NCBI GenBank assembly: GCA_964016885.1
Contig: OZ024742.1
Location: 115,630,001-115,694,000, forward strand
DNA: 64,000 nt
Origin: Eledone cirrhosa
Taxonomy: Eukaryota
Reading direction: 5' to 3'
Shown here: positions 27,958 to 42,351 of the stretch, one piece after another
How positions within the stretch are numbered: position 1 is the first letter of the stretch
Layout: every line of letters begins with the position of its first letter
Program-made: the position numbers and the translations under genes
The notes under the pieces: model-generated
What the model was told of the DNA's origin: nothing
What the model saw: the letters and a program-made list of their open reading frames with translations, nothing else
The model's database searches: none

Positions 27958-28093
27958 GGTTACGTCCCTTTACCATCTGAGTTCAAATCCCGCCGAGGTT
28001 GACTTTGCCTTTCATCCTTATGGGGTCGATAAAATAAAGTACCAGTAATGCACTGGTAATTGCTGGCCTTGTGCCTAAAGTAGAAACAATTAT
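27958..28093 (+). mobile_element. SINE, 5'-truncated
   Basis: B-box gagttcaaatcc; body nearly identical to 59350-59490. Confidence 0.85.
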
Positions 28094-28554
28094 TAGAGTT
28101 ATTTATTTTTTTGTTGTTGCTACTTTTTTTCTTGCTTATGTTGTTATTATAAAAATTGTTCCCAGACATTCTCTCACATAGTTGTCATGACTGTCAGACC
28201 ACCCCCGCATCAATTCTATTCTTTGTTTATGTATTGCTATCATCCAGTATATTGATTACTCAGTCTCTGTGAATTACACCTGCTGACATCATGATTCTTC
28301 TTGCGTCATGATGTGATGTTGTACGCCTGCCGGCCATAAATATACGTATGCAATTTTTCCGATATTAAAGAAATATTAGGAATCCAGCCTCCTTTTTTCA
28401 TTGAAGTATTTAACTCGGTTTCTGTACCAACCAGAAAATGCATCTACGAAGGAAGATACACATAACATTGATTGATTTTTCTTACTGCATTTTCGTCTGC
28501 CAATCGGAATGACATATAGACATTAATTAGATCAGCCAACTTAATTTGTATATG

Positions 28555-28650
<96 letters not shown>

Positions 28651-28834
28651 TCTACTTTTGGCACAAGGCCATCAAATTACCTCTTTCTCTCTCTCTCTCT
28701 CAATATATATATATATATATTGAGAGAGAGAGAGAGAAAGAGGGAGAGAGGGAGAGAGGGAGAGAGGGAGAGAGAGATAGAGAGAGAGAGAGAGCAAGAG
28801 GTAGAATACTGGAAGGTAATATCCGTAGTGGTAG

Positions 28835-28940
28835 AAGTGGTAACATAACAGTTAGTTCAGCATACCGGTACGAGCTGAGGATCTGCTAAGGTGAAACTAA
28901 TTGTTATCGGTCTGTTGAACTAACTGTTGTGTTACCACTT
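28835..28940 (+). repeat. Fold-back PLE-type end with a hammerhead-like core in the loop
   Basis: ~33-bp inverted arms (aagtggtaacataacagttagttca... / ...tgaactaactgttgtgttaccactt) enclose CTGAGGA-tctgctaaggt-GAAA-ctaattg-TT. Followed by TA-rich sequence. Confidence 0.6.
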
Positions 28941-29017
28941 ATATAAATATATATGTATAAGTATATATATATGTATATATATATATATATATCTATATAT
29001 ATATATATATAAATATT

Positions 29018-29704
<687 letters not shown>

Positions 29705-30237
29705 TGTATACTCATATATATAATGAAAAATAACGTTGTCTACCAGGAATCATTGGTATTTCTTCGCTTAGAGACAATATACCTCAGCCTAGGGCGAATA
29801 ATAACTGAAATAAGTTATTGGGATAACAGAAGTGGGTGGGGGCACATGTAACAGACACGAAGGGTGAAGCACGTAAAGGGAGGAAAAAGTAGGAAAAATA
29901 GCAAGTCAACAACATATTTCGAAAGTAAGAACTGGCGAATTTTGTCGAGAGACGAAATAGACACGTCTTAGCTGTAGCAGTGTTAGCGAACGAAGAGGCT
30001 GCGTACAGTGCCGGACGAGGGAGGAAGTGAGCTAGCGGAGAGAGCAAGGGAGTGAAAGTAAGAGGAAGCGAGGAAGAGATCGTTATAATGGGAGGCTAGC
30101 CGAGAGAAGGTGAATAGCAGAGGAGGTGAGCGAAATTAAGAGTGATAAGGTGATATATTGAGTTAAATACACACACTAGCCCCCTATAATTAAAATAGCT
30201 CAATGAGAAAATGTTTTCCGATAGTAAGGAGAGACGG

Positions 30238-30731
30238 AGACGAACACATGTATATAGCTATATGTGTTCCAATCCCAAAATAATTCTCCTTGAGTTGTTT
30301 CAATTATAGGGGACTTTTGACAAATTCGCTCCATCGCTTTGTTGAGCTTTAATACATTGAATAGTTCTTACTGCTATTTTTCTAGTAACCAACGTTCTAT
30401 TCGTTCCGCCTGGCACATTATATCCATGTGCTCTCTCTTTTACCTCATATGTGTTATTTAGTTTTCTATCAACCATAGTAGTGAAGTGAGTATTCATGTG
30501 GATACTTGTTGAGAAGTACGACCCGAATAAATCACTCCCGGAATTTTGCGAAACAGTTCTACCCATAACCTGCCTGGGTACATGATAGTTATAATGTTAG
30601 GTTCGTTTTCCTCAACTTATCCTTTTGTTTGGGTTCTGTGAACCATACTATTTTAGTCAATATTTTCATTAGCCGGACTGTCGCTGTCCCTTGTGATTTA
30701 AACACATATAGCTATAAATCTGTGTTCGTCT
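30238..30731. mobile_element. MITE-like element with ~31-bp terminal inverted repeats
   Basis: agacgaacacatgtatatagctatatgtgtt ... aacacatatagctataaatctgtgttcgtct. Confidence 0.5.
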
Positions 30732-30864
30732 ATCTTTACCATATATATATCAACTAGAAATTAATTGATATATATATATTTAAAATAAACACATGAGCTT
30801 ATTCTACAGTGGATATGGATCATGTCTCTCGGACATGACACCCTTAATTTAATGTTGTATATAT

Positions 30865-31019
30865 TATAGAAGGAGCTTCTACAGGACTAGTACTGTTTCA
30901 TTCAGATGAAATCTGAATGAAACCTGTAGAAGCTCCTTCTATAAAATAAAACAATTTACTCTGCCATGTATTGAGTCCCTTACTTACTGTGGTTATCCCC
31001 GACTCAACACGGGACCTAC

Positions 31020-31020
<1 letters not shown>
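30865..31020 (+). mobile_element. Fold-back PLE-type 3' end (hairpin plus unique tail) followed by (TA)n
   Basis: ttatagaaggagcttctacagg...gtttcattcagat / atctgaatgaaac..ctgtagaagctccttctataa. The minus arm retains GAAAC-agtact-aGTC, resembling a hammerhead 3' half. Confidence 0.6.
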
Positions 31021-31056
<36 letters not shown>

Positions 31057-31358
31057 AGTACCAGGATAAATTTTCATTTAGTCCAGAATTAGCCGTCGAA
31101 ACGGTAGCTCAGCTGTCGGGGTCTTACTGGTTCCTATATATATATATATATATATATATATTTGAAAACAAGGAAAGGAATTACTTTACTTGTAGTTCTA
31201 AACAATTTGATTTAATTTTATAATATTATGATATTATGAGTTGGTAGATGTAATAAGTTATTTGTTAATCTGGGTGGGAAGGTTTTTTAAATATTCCTGG
31301 TTAACTTTCCTGGAAAACTTTCTAGCATTCGTCCGTGGAGATTGTCAAACTGAGATCA

Positions 31359-32008
31359 GGTTGTGTTGTGATGTGTGACTATATATATAAGAGAGATTTG
31401 GATGTGGTGGTGGTGGTGGTGGGGGGGGGGGGGTTAGTCTTAATGAGTGTGGGAGTGAAGGAGTTTTGATGAAGATTTAAAGGAATTAAAGCACACGCAC
31501 ATACACACACATATACATATACACAGAAAATGGTGAATGTTGACAGCAAGATAATGGGAGGGTAGTGTTTAAGAAAGGGTGTGTAAAAGTGCCCTCCTGC
31601 TGATTCCATTTCAATAAATGACCTTCTATGAATATAATAGCAGGATGTTTTTCAAATTCGTTTCTTATAGCTGAATCAACTCTCTTAAATTTACAATGAA
31701 TAACTTCAACAATTGTCTATATTAAAGATGAATTTAGGTGCGTGTATAAATATAAATATATATATATATAGGTCATTTGTTGAAATGGAACCAGCAGGAG
31801 CGCACTTTTACACATCCTTTCTTAAAAAATGTTATCTTGCTGTCAACTTCACCATTTTCTGTGTATATGTATATATGTGTGGGTGTATGTGTGTGTGTGC
31901 TTTTATTCCTTTAAATCTTCAACACTCCTTCATTCCAGACTCATTAAATCCGCACCCCCAGACACATCCAAATTTCTCTTATATGAGTCACACATCACAA
32001 CACAACCT
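31359..32008. repeat. Diverged inverted repeat, ~250-270-bp arms, ~135-bp spacer
   Basis: 31359-31630 mirrors 31768-32008; the ORF track shows mirrored MESAGGHFY / MEPAGAHFY peptides. Confidence 0.8.
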
Positions 32009-32464
32009 TGATAGACAGCTGTCAGTTGACCTTTGAACATGACTGCAACTCATGGTCAACGACTATTTATTTCATTCAAACTCTCCCACAATTATGGAAA
32101 TAATCGATAAAACTAAATACATGACGCTTTACCCCCTAATAGAATCTGATTACCTCTCTCTACTCCACTTAAAATTCGATAAAACTACATACATGCTTAC
32201 AAACTTCCTTTAGGAACGCTCAACAGAGAGAGAAGAGAGTGAGAGGGAGAGAGAGAACGTTTGTTTTTGAGTGTGGAACGGTCAAACATTGATTTACTTC
32301 AATGACAAAGAGATCTTATTACATTTCATACGAAACAACAATTATTCAAAAGCAACAGATAAATGTATTCAACAACAACAAAAATAGCGATAAATCTTTT
32401 TTAAAACCTCTCAACGAACGTGGAAGAAAGAAGTATCTGTTTATTTACTATACACAATAATATA

Positions 32465-32736
32465 CTCTATGAGGTCACTACACCTGCTAGAAACAGCAGC
32501 TAACTCTGCCCCATATCACACCCCTCCCTACTGTCTTAAATTTAGAAAACATATCCTCTATGAGGTCACTAAACCTGCTAGAAACAGCAGCTAATTATCC
32601 CCCATATCACACCACTCCCTACTGTCTTACATTTAGAAAACACATATCCTCTATGAGGTCAGTAAACCTGTTAGAAACAGCAGCTAACTCTCCCTCATAT
32701 CACACACCTCCCTACTGTCTTAAATTTAGAAAACAC
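32465..32736 (+). repeat. Tandem repeat, three ~92-bp units
   Basis: ctctatgaggtca.ta.acctg.tagaaacagcagctaa...ccctactgtctta.atttagaaaa repeated three times. Confidence 0.9.
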
Positions 32737-32805
32737 ACATTAGACAAGCATGCAGAACAACTCCATCGCAGCTCTGTTGTTCGGTTGGCATCGTCTACGC
32801 GCGTG

Positions 32806-33131
32806 TTTATTATAATGCTCGGTTTGTTCGTTTGTAAACAAACAAACAGCCTGAATTACGTCGTTTTCGGTGCGCCTGGCCGACTGAACTCACTCGATAT
32901 GCAAATTAGGCTGCTCAGCCGTTAATTTTCATATGGAAAGTATATACTTTCGGACGTTCAACCATCTGGCAGAAAGGTATACGGTGCTGACGATAGCTAA
33001 TGAGCTTGAAACTACTACATCGTTCCTGTGTCAGTGTTGAACAAAAAGGTGACGTGGTTGCCTAAACACTGTACGGCGTAATTCAGGCTGTTTGTTTGTT
33101 TACAAACGAACGAATCGAACATTATAATAAA
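32806..33131. mobile_element. MITE-like element with 59-bp terminal inverted repeats
   Basis: 32806-32864 mirrors 33073-33131 (tttattataatg..tttgtaaacaaacaaacagcctgaattacg). Confidence 0.6.
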
Positions 33132-33297
33132 TGTTTGGTAAACTGATACGTGCATATATATATGTGTGCCTGTATGTATAAATATACATGCTACTGTACG
33201 TCTGTATACATATATGTATGTAGGTATACATACATACTTACATTTAAGTAAGTGCCGTACTAAGAGTGAGAAATGAAATTTCGTTTCATTCTATTCC

Positions 33298-33452
<155 letters not shown>

Positions 33453-34433
33453 GATAAATACTTATTTAAGGTGAGATTTCACAGGAAAATATAAACATTA
33501 TAATGATACACCATAATCCGTTTTGTCACGAGGATTAATAAACATACGATTGTGGTACGAGTGTTTATGTACCCAGTCGTCTATATGAATAAAGGGCATA
33601 CTTTTGAAGTATATGACTTGAAATTTATTTCATGTCATACAATACATTACTGCTACTTGATTCATCTAGCGTATACAAACTAAGTAATCAAGTGCATAGT
33701 TAATTATGAGAGGACAAGTATTCTGGACTTGCAGTTATGTATAATCATTATACTTCTTCGTCCTGTGTTTGGCGGTTTCTAATATAGAAACTTGAGTTAT
33801 GATATATAATTTAAATTACTGTGTCGTATATACCTTGCTAACATAGGAAATGTTTTTAAGTAGAAATTGGTAATAATTACAATGCATTAATTTTATGATT
33901 AGAAAAGTTATATTTTTAAATGTCTCCAACAAAAATTGTGCTTAGATATGATGAATACACTGTCAGCAATTCAGCGAGACTGATAGACTGTAAAAAATGA
34001 ACTATGGTTTTGCCAAGCATTTCAAAGGTTAATCACCTCACCTGCATGATGTATAATATAAGGTCATTAGATTGATATGCTAGCAGTTTGGTAAAATAAT
34101 ATTCTAATCTTAATTTTGAAAATAAACACATGTTATTTAAATATCTAAATATTTGTGTAACATTGTTGCCAATAAGATTATAATTTCTTTGGTCTATTAA
34201 CTTTAAATATTTAAACGGAATGTGAATATTCATAGCTACACTATGTTTCTGAAGACGCTCTAATGCGAAATTGTTTAGTAGTTGGCCTCAAATCATGCAG
34301 TTTCATTTCCCTTCAAAATGCGTGATATTTTTGGTTAGTATACTTTTCAATAATCTCATGTCGACCAACGTCCTTTGGCTAAAAAATCGCTATCAAAAAA
34401 CTGCCCATGTAATTCATAGACACAGCCCTTCTA

Positions 34434-34543
34434 CAAAATGCGATATGCTGCATCAACCCGAGTAAGAACTAATGCGTGCACGTGACTATAGAATACAACA
34501 CCACTTTTCATTTACTCGGGTTGATGCAGCATATCGTATTTTG
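34434..34543. repeat. 32-bp inverted repeat (hairpin)
   Basis: caaaatgcgatatgctgcatcaacccgagtaa / ttactcgggttgatgcagcatatcgtattttg. Confidence 0.85.
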
Positions 34544-35144
34544 AGATTAATCCAATAATTAATCTAACCAAAGAATTGCATTCATATATCACATTAGTCC
34601 ACGGTATATCATGTTCCCGCAACTGGTGCAGTCAGTCGTTGAGATGCCAATCTCGACCATTTCACAAACAGCTGCTGCCGTCAATTTTCTCAGTCATTAG
34701 TCACCGGGGAAGAGTAGGGATGTTGCTGCCATCAAGTTCTTGATGGATCGTCTGTGTTAGCTTTTTATTGCCCTCCATCAAATTTCTCCTCATAAATTTA
34801 GACAGGAGTCTTGTAATTATTAATTGTCTAGTGCAGGTATTTATTTGTAAACTCATCCAGTGCCGCCCATTTAGTCAAAACTCATTCAATTAATAAATTT
34901 CAGTGTTTATAATAAATGCCATCTACATATTGCATAACTGCAGACAGTAGATACTGTGCACCTCTATTGCTGCATTAAGTGCAGCCGGAATTTGAGTAGG
35001 GGTACATATTGAAAGTACCCATTTACGTGTGTTGTATTGAAGCGAATAAGTGTATTTATTCTGGGATTTTACATAACATTACCTATTGAGTACGCTGAGA
35101 ATCAACTGGTACTAGCTGTTAAACCCATGCTAGTCGCGTCAACT

Positions 35145-35243
<99 letters not shown>

Positions 35244-35546
35244 CGATTTGATGAGGCATACACTGTATTTAAGGTCGAGTGATTAGCGGCCTTTTGAAAT
35301 ACGTAATCAATGAAACAAGTGTTAATACTGTAAATAAAACCCTTTTTGTACTGTTGACCATGTTATTCTTAATATTTTCACTATTATTACTCCAAGAATG
35401 ACCTAGATAGGAATTCTCACGAATTCGCTACCTAGCTAAGGAAAGCTCTTGTTGAGTCAAACAACGCTGTACGTTAAAACTATTCACAATACAGAGTACT
35501 CACAACCTCTAACTGGATTATCTATAACAAAAATTTGTTATCTCAT

Positions 35547-35616
<70 letters not shown>

Positions 35617-35926
35617 TCTTGTATTCAGCAGTAATGGCAGGCTATTTTCATTTCATGTTGCATTACAAATGGGAGCAAGATATATTTGAATGAATTTGAA
35701 TGTATAATTGGTCAGGGTGTGAGAACGAGAAATATGTGTTTTCGTTTTCATTGTAAATGTTTTCATTTTCCTCGATATTTTATGATTCAAAGATCATGTT
35801 TCCTTGAACCAAAATATCGATTACACTGAAATAAATGTGAGCTACATGTGACTTTATATATATATATATATATGGGGGGTATGTGTATGTGTGTGCGTGT
35901 GCATATGGATATATACATATATAGAT

Positions 35927-36023
<97 letters not shown>

Positions 36024-36183
36024 AGGGTAATGATTAATGGTGTGAAAAATAATTACATATTGGAGATATTAAATGTGTGCAGGAATACAAAATAAATGGT
36101 TTCACTGTTATTAAGCACTTCTTCGCTCTTGATTCTCGTTTTATAAAAAAAACCTGTATACTTTTCTCTACAATTAATTACAG

Positions 36184-36217
<34 letters not shown>

Positions 36218-36223
36218 ACACAT

Positions 36224-36273
<50 letters not shown>

Positions 36274-36370
36274 GACAGCTAGAGCACCGGAGTCTTCAGG
36301 AAGTTAGCTCAAATTTAGACAATAAATTTTCTAAAGTGATCGCGCCAACAATACATTAACAAATGAGCTA

Positions 36371-36448
36371 ACTTCCTGAAGAGTCCGATGCTCTAGGTGT
36401 CCGATGCTATCGGATATCTTAAAATGCAGACGAAACCATGGTAGAGGT
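36371..36448 (+). ncRNA. Type I hammerhead ribozyme
   Basis: Stem I acttc/gaggt; core CTGAAGA; stem II gtc..gac with an internal hairpin; GAAA; palindromic stem III ccatgg; GUA site. Confidence 0.8.
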
Positions 36449-37020
36449 AACTAAATAAGTTCACTTTTCTCCTAGTTTATTTTACACCTAATTCTGCTTA
36501 ATTGACTCTATATTTGAGCGATTCATACACGCTGTCGAAATACTCGATAAATACTCCGTCGCAACCGACGCGAAGGGCTGATCTCGGTTATTTGTCGGAG
36601 ATTTCTTCATAGAAGCCTTTATTCTTATAGCTTGGTCTAATCGATTTTTTATATGGTTAATTATGCTAATTGGGAGAGGAAATGGTATATATTTTATCTG
36701 GTGATTCTATAGACATGTTTTATGATATATAGCTCTGATTATTTAATTTATTAACTCTTCATTGAGCCACAAACTGACCCGTTGCAAAACATATATATAT
36801 ATATATATATATATGTAAACCTTTATATGTAATAATCCCTCTTAGCTTGAGATACAATTTTGGCTGTATTGTGCTGCGCTTTCTAGCAAAAAGGCACCAG
36901 CCGTAATCAACTAATCACATTCTTTCTAACCTGACCGCTGCTACGTCACGATTCTTAGCCATTTTTTAATGTTTTCTTGGCGCGATCACTTTTGAAAATG
37001 TATTGTCTAAATTTGAGCTA

Positions 37021-37098
37021 ACGTCCTGAAGAGTCCGGTGCTTTAGATATCCTATGTTATCGGATGTCTTAAAATGTGGACGAAACCACGGTAGAGGT
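37021..37098 (+). ncRNA. Type I hammerhead ribozyme (tandem copy)
   Basis: acgtc-CTGAAGA-gtcc...ggac-GAAA-ccacgg-TA-gaggt. Confidence 0.75.
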
Positions 37099-37448
37099 AA
37101 TTAAATATGTACACTTTTCTATTAGTTTATTTTACACCTAATTCTGTTTAATTGACTGTATATCTGAGCGATCCATACACGCTGTCGAAATACTCGATAA
37201 ATACTCCGTCGCAACCGAGGCGAAGGGCTGCTCTCGGTTATTTGTCGTAGATTTCTTCATAGAAGCCTTTATTCTTATAGCTTGGTCTAATCGATTTCTT
37301 ATATGGTTAATTATGCAAATTGGGAGAGGAAATGGTATATATTTTATCTGGTGATTCTATAGACATGTTTTATGATATATAGCTCTGATTATATAATTTA
37401 TTAACTCTTCATTGAGCCACAAAGCGAGCCGTTGCAAAACATACACAA

Positions 37449-37560
<112 letters not shown>

Positions 37561-37567
37561 GTAAACC

Positions 37568-37636
<69 letters not shown>

Positions 37637-37649
37637 GTAAACCTTTATA

Positions 37650-37711
<62 letters not shown>

Positions 37712-40700
37712 TTAGTAAGTCACCTATAGGACAATATACCTCAACCATAGTTACATACTCCAGTATGGACGGTACACTCACCCCAGGCATGTTTATCTCT
37801 TCAATAGAGAATCCATACTCTCCACGTATTCCATCTTGTAACATATTATATTTTCTGTATATCAAATACTTACCCTGTGTTATCTCATACGCATACACGT
37901 TCCTCCTTCTTATTTTTTATATATCTCTATGTGACGTTATATGTATATTTTTAATACATTGTTAATTTCTTTTATATACTGTATATTTCTTTTATATATA
38001 TGTATATATGTATGTGTATTATATAGATGTATATATATATGTAAATATTTGTATATGTATATATGTATGTGTATGGTTATATTGTTTATATATGTGCTTG
38101 CTTATAAGAAGATGCATCATTTTATGTATGACCCATTGTGTATCTTTATATGTGTTTGTGTATATATCCTATTTGTGTATATATATATATATATATATGT
38201 ATCAAATATTGAGTTATAAACTCGAAATAGTCTTTTACAATTAAATAGCTCAAAAAATGAAAATGTCCAACCCGTGTAATACAAATGAATATATGATGGA
38301 TGAACACCTACATAATTATATACGTGTTCGAATTGCAAATTACCAAGTTAGCTAGGTTGAAAAATACTAATTTAACATAATATGGTTTGCCTTTCTCGAT
38401 TTACAATAACAAATCAATAAAAATAACAAACCTATATTGGCAATGGCCGTGATACCCGGACACATTATAAATTAGTTTCGCAACAATTACGTGAAAGTTA
38501 CTATTCCTGTGCCCTTCTGAGGGTATCCAGGAAAATTCGTATCAATCACTTCAGAATACTTAATAAGACTAAGAAATACGTGTTGTTGAACGCACATGTG
38601 TCCCAGCGTATAACTCGTCCCTTACCCGTGCAGCTACAAATAGCAGTCGGTTTTATGGGACTAAAATTAGCTCAATGTATGCAGCCGTGAATATCAAATA
38701 TTGAGTTATAAACTCGAAATAGTCAAGATTGGCCTGGGACTATATATCAAGAACAACAACAATATCAACCAAATAAAATCTCACCGACAAGATTCTATTA
38801 AAGTAGATCACGGGCAACACATTATGTGATATCTAAATCCAACTGTTAAACTGCTATATGATTGTTTGATCTTACAATTTGTAGTTGAATATCCCTAACA
38901 CCCTGCCGTATCACTTTACAAAAGAAAGTATACACTGATCAATATAATCAAAGATTACTACAAACAATTTTTACGACAATCAAATATAGAACGTTTGTGA
39001 TTGTAGCTCTGTACAATCAGAGCCGACCTAAGGGTAAGTTGTATCAACGACAACAATAAAAAAAACTCTTTATCTGTAGTCATATTTACGGAGGGTGATG
39101 TTAGGTTTGTATTCATTTTCAAATGTAAATCAACATGGTCGTCAGTAAATTGACACAGTTGAACTAAAGACACGATATAGTCTCCAATAGAATACTCTCC
39201 GATTTCAAGTTATACTTTGAATGAATTATAACACTAAGAAAATACCTGAAAATAAAGTCAAGTTGTTGATATCTGAGAAATTGACAAGTCTTAATAGAAA
39301 ATAAAAATGTTTAAAATGAATAATAATTGTTTCTATTAGACAGAACTGTTGCATTATTTATAAGATGCGGTCGACATCTGACATGTTTATTTTTTAATTA
39401 ATTAATGAAGAACATCATATGTTTTTGTTAAATAAAATATGAGTGGAACAACTGAAAACAAATGAATTAATATAAAGTTCTAAATTAAACAGATTATTTG
39501 GCAGGCTACGGGCATGACTGAGTTGTAAATTAGATGTCTCTGAATTTACGTGGTTCATGATTCAATCTCACATCACTTTATGTTAAGACTGTGTCTACTA
39601 ATTGCATTTTGTGTCGTTCGAGGTTTAACGAACGAAATGGATTGAATCCTGTGTACACTACGCGTTCTTTTCATAAAGCGTTAAACCTCTACTTTATGCT
39701 TCAATGTCTTTAGTGCTTATTTTGAGATGGACATTCGATTCGGGTATACGTTGTCAAAATAGAGATAATCTTAGACGATTTCTGTACTTTTGTAGTTAAG
39801 TAAATATAACTGGTTTCACGTGCGTATAAATGGAAGATGTGTTGGGTGTGTTTAATTATAAATGCCTGCTGTTAGTGTGCTACATAATTCAGGTGCGAAT
39901 CCTGTATTTTAATATCCATGTTCTCTCCCTGCCTAGGATTGCATCAAAATGGGTGTGGTATCTGAAGAAGCTGTTGGAGTATTCAAAGGGACTGTATAGA
40001 CACACTCCAGGCGCTCCCGTGAATATGATTGTTAGTGTACGATTGTTTGTACTTTACTTGTATTTGAGAATTAACAAGGTGTATTTATAAAAGGTGATGT
40101 TACCTTATATTTCATCTATCATATCAGATTCTATTGATATTATAAATTATGGTTTCAAGCTATAATACTTAGTAATCCATCTTAATTAAATTATTTTATT
40201 CATATAGTGCATAATAAAATAGGGATGTGCTATGGAATGAAAACTGATGTGTTAGGAAAATGTATACCATATTTGAAACCCACAACTCAAAATAAGCTAA
40301 AAACAACAACAAAACTTAATTCAGCAAAAGTGTGTTGACCAGTGTAATTTAAAGGTAGCATGAGCAGTTAAGATATATTCGTACATTTGAATTTAGATTT
40401 AAAATGTCACTCAATATTTCTAGAAGGACATTTCATTTAGCGAGGGACTTTTGTTGTTCATGTTAATCATAATTCTTCTGGGATATTTTCAGCAGATATA
40501 TGATTAAAGAAATATGAGACCAAATACATTTTAGCCGTGACCTTTCTATAATTCTTCCTCAAGTATGATATATAAACACTATGAATGTGACTTGAAGAAA
40601 TGTTATCAGAACCAAGAGAGCTTTGCATACAAGGACTTGTGCTACCTGTTGTAGCACTCTGCCCTCTGAGATGGAATACCATGGAGATTACATTGCTTTT

Positions 40701-41355
40701 CACACATTAGAGTCAATAAATATGTGCAACAACTACAATATTAATAACAACACTATAGAATTATATCATTCTGAAAATGCTTTGTTAAACCAGTTGTAAT
40801 TGTAATTTTTAACTAACTTCAATTTCAACTAGATTTAAAACTCACAAATTACAGATATAACACATACGAAGTTCTGGCGTTCTGAAAGAACTATGGATAT
40901 TTTCGTCCATCATGAACGCAATTAATTCACAACAGATTATACCAAATCTTGAGTTCATTAACATTGATATTACCTAATACATAACTGAACCACTCATGTT
41001 TATTATCAATTCTCAAAATAATTAATCACACTATTCATAGTTTCAACTATACTTATGACCTAGTTTAAGTAAGACAACAGTTTATAAAATATTTTTTCTT
41101 GTTATTTTAATTAGAGAGAATAACAGAAATACTTCATCCATCTCCTGGTTTCGACAATGAGACCTACAACTGAGCAGATTATGAGGTAAGTTTACGTCTA
41201 AATCCCAGAGTATTCCGCAGACACATTTACACCTGACCTGATTCTTGTTTAAGACAAATAATACGTGCATCATTCTTTAGTATACTTCGATGTATGTTTA
41301 CTACCATCGATGACCTTAGAGGAATATTAATCAAATCATATTATTGAACATGAAT

Positions 41356-41543
41356 AGGGCGGTGAATTGGCAGTATCGATAGAGGATCGGATACCATGCT
41401 TTGACGCATAGAGTTCCGGCCCTTGCCATTCTGAGTTCAAATGCAGCCGAGGTTAACCTTGCTTTTCATCCTTACGGGATCGATAAAATAAAGTACCAGT
41501 AATGCATTGAGTAATTGCGGGCATTGTGCCAAAAGTAGAAACA
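41356..41543 (+). mobile_element. tRNA-type SINE, full length, with 16-bp target-site duplication
   Basis: A-box-like tggcagtatcg; B-box gagttcaaat; TSD attattgaacatgaat at 41340-41355 and 41544-41559. Confidence 0.85.
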
Positions 41544-41799
41544 ATTATTGAACATGAATGTAAATAAATACCAAACAATGTAATACCCGGAATTATTTTA
41601 GATATCCTCTTCGGGATTCCTTTCACTGTTTAAACTTTCAGAAAAAGGAAACTCACTAGGTATATTTCAGTGTGTTACATGTTTGAAAAAATATATGTGC
41701 TCGTATTATAATTTGTCAATTTACGAGCGTAAAGAAAGATACACACACGCACATCAAGTCACACGCACATCAACGCACACACACATACACACACATACT

Positions 41800-41842
<43 letters not shown>

Positions 41843-41847
<5 letters not shown>

Positions 41848-42022
41848 AACGAGTAGGACCCCGACGGCTAATTCTGGACTCAATTAGTCCAGAACTAGCC
41901 GTCGAAACGGCTTGAGCTCAGCCGTCAGGGTCCTACTCGTTCCTATTACCCACTCTACTACTCTAAGTATTGAGTACTTTGGTGCGTTATGGTCCACCTC
42001 GTTCCTTACCACATTTCCTTCG

Positions 42023-42023
<1 letters not shown>
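41843..42023 (+). mobile_element. Fold-back PLE-type 3' end between (TA)n tracts
   Basis: ataggaacgagtaggaccc...gggtcctactcgttcctat palindrome containing GAAA-cggc(ttgagctca)gccg-TC; unique tail 41947-42023; related fragment at 31077-31135. Confidence 0.65.
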
Positions 42024-42054
<31 letters not shown>

Positions 42055-42209
42055 GTTATTAATAAATGGAAACTATATTTATAAAACCATATTTATTTCA
42101 TTATACATATTTCAGGGATACCATATTAAATTATGGTATGCCTTCATCAGACAAAATACAATATATAACAGTTTTACAAATAGCTTTGACGTACCCTTTT
42201 AAAATACAA

Positions 42210-42259
<50 letters not shown>

Positions 42260-42351
42260 ATATATATATATATACATATACACTTATATGTATAGTTTCT
42301 AAATAGTATATTCCCGAAGAATTCCATGATTCATCAGACTGCAGATCACTC

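Larger units (their letters stand above)
36270..37445 (+). mobile_element. Non-coding PLE pseudo-LTR / retrozyme-like tandem with a 5' inverted segment, in (TA)n
   Basis: Two direct units with 650-bp period; 36270-36348 is the reverse complement of ~36977-37053; one hammerhead per unit. Confidence 0.75.

Noticed and set aside
32465-32736. Tandem repeat as a CRISPR array or hammerhead array
   Set aside because: No unique spacers and a eukaryotic context; ctatga..gaaa lacks a full core and stems.
34240-34285. CTGAAGA-cgctctaatgc-GAAA motif
   Set aside because: No stem I pairing.
35245-35310. ttgatgaggc...gccttttgaaatacgta hammerhead-like string
   Set aside because: Core C and cleavage U are missing, and there is no convincing stem I.
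38198-38726. ~33-bp direct repeat tatcaaatattgagttataaactcgaaatagtc
   Set aside because: Probably a fragment of another PLE end, but the boundaries and ribozyme core could not be established.
39930-41190. Candidate host exons (acceptor near 39935, donor gag|gtaagt near 41185)
   Set aside because: Short, with no recognisable product; they need RNA evidence.
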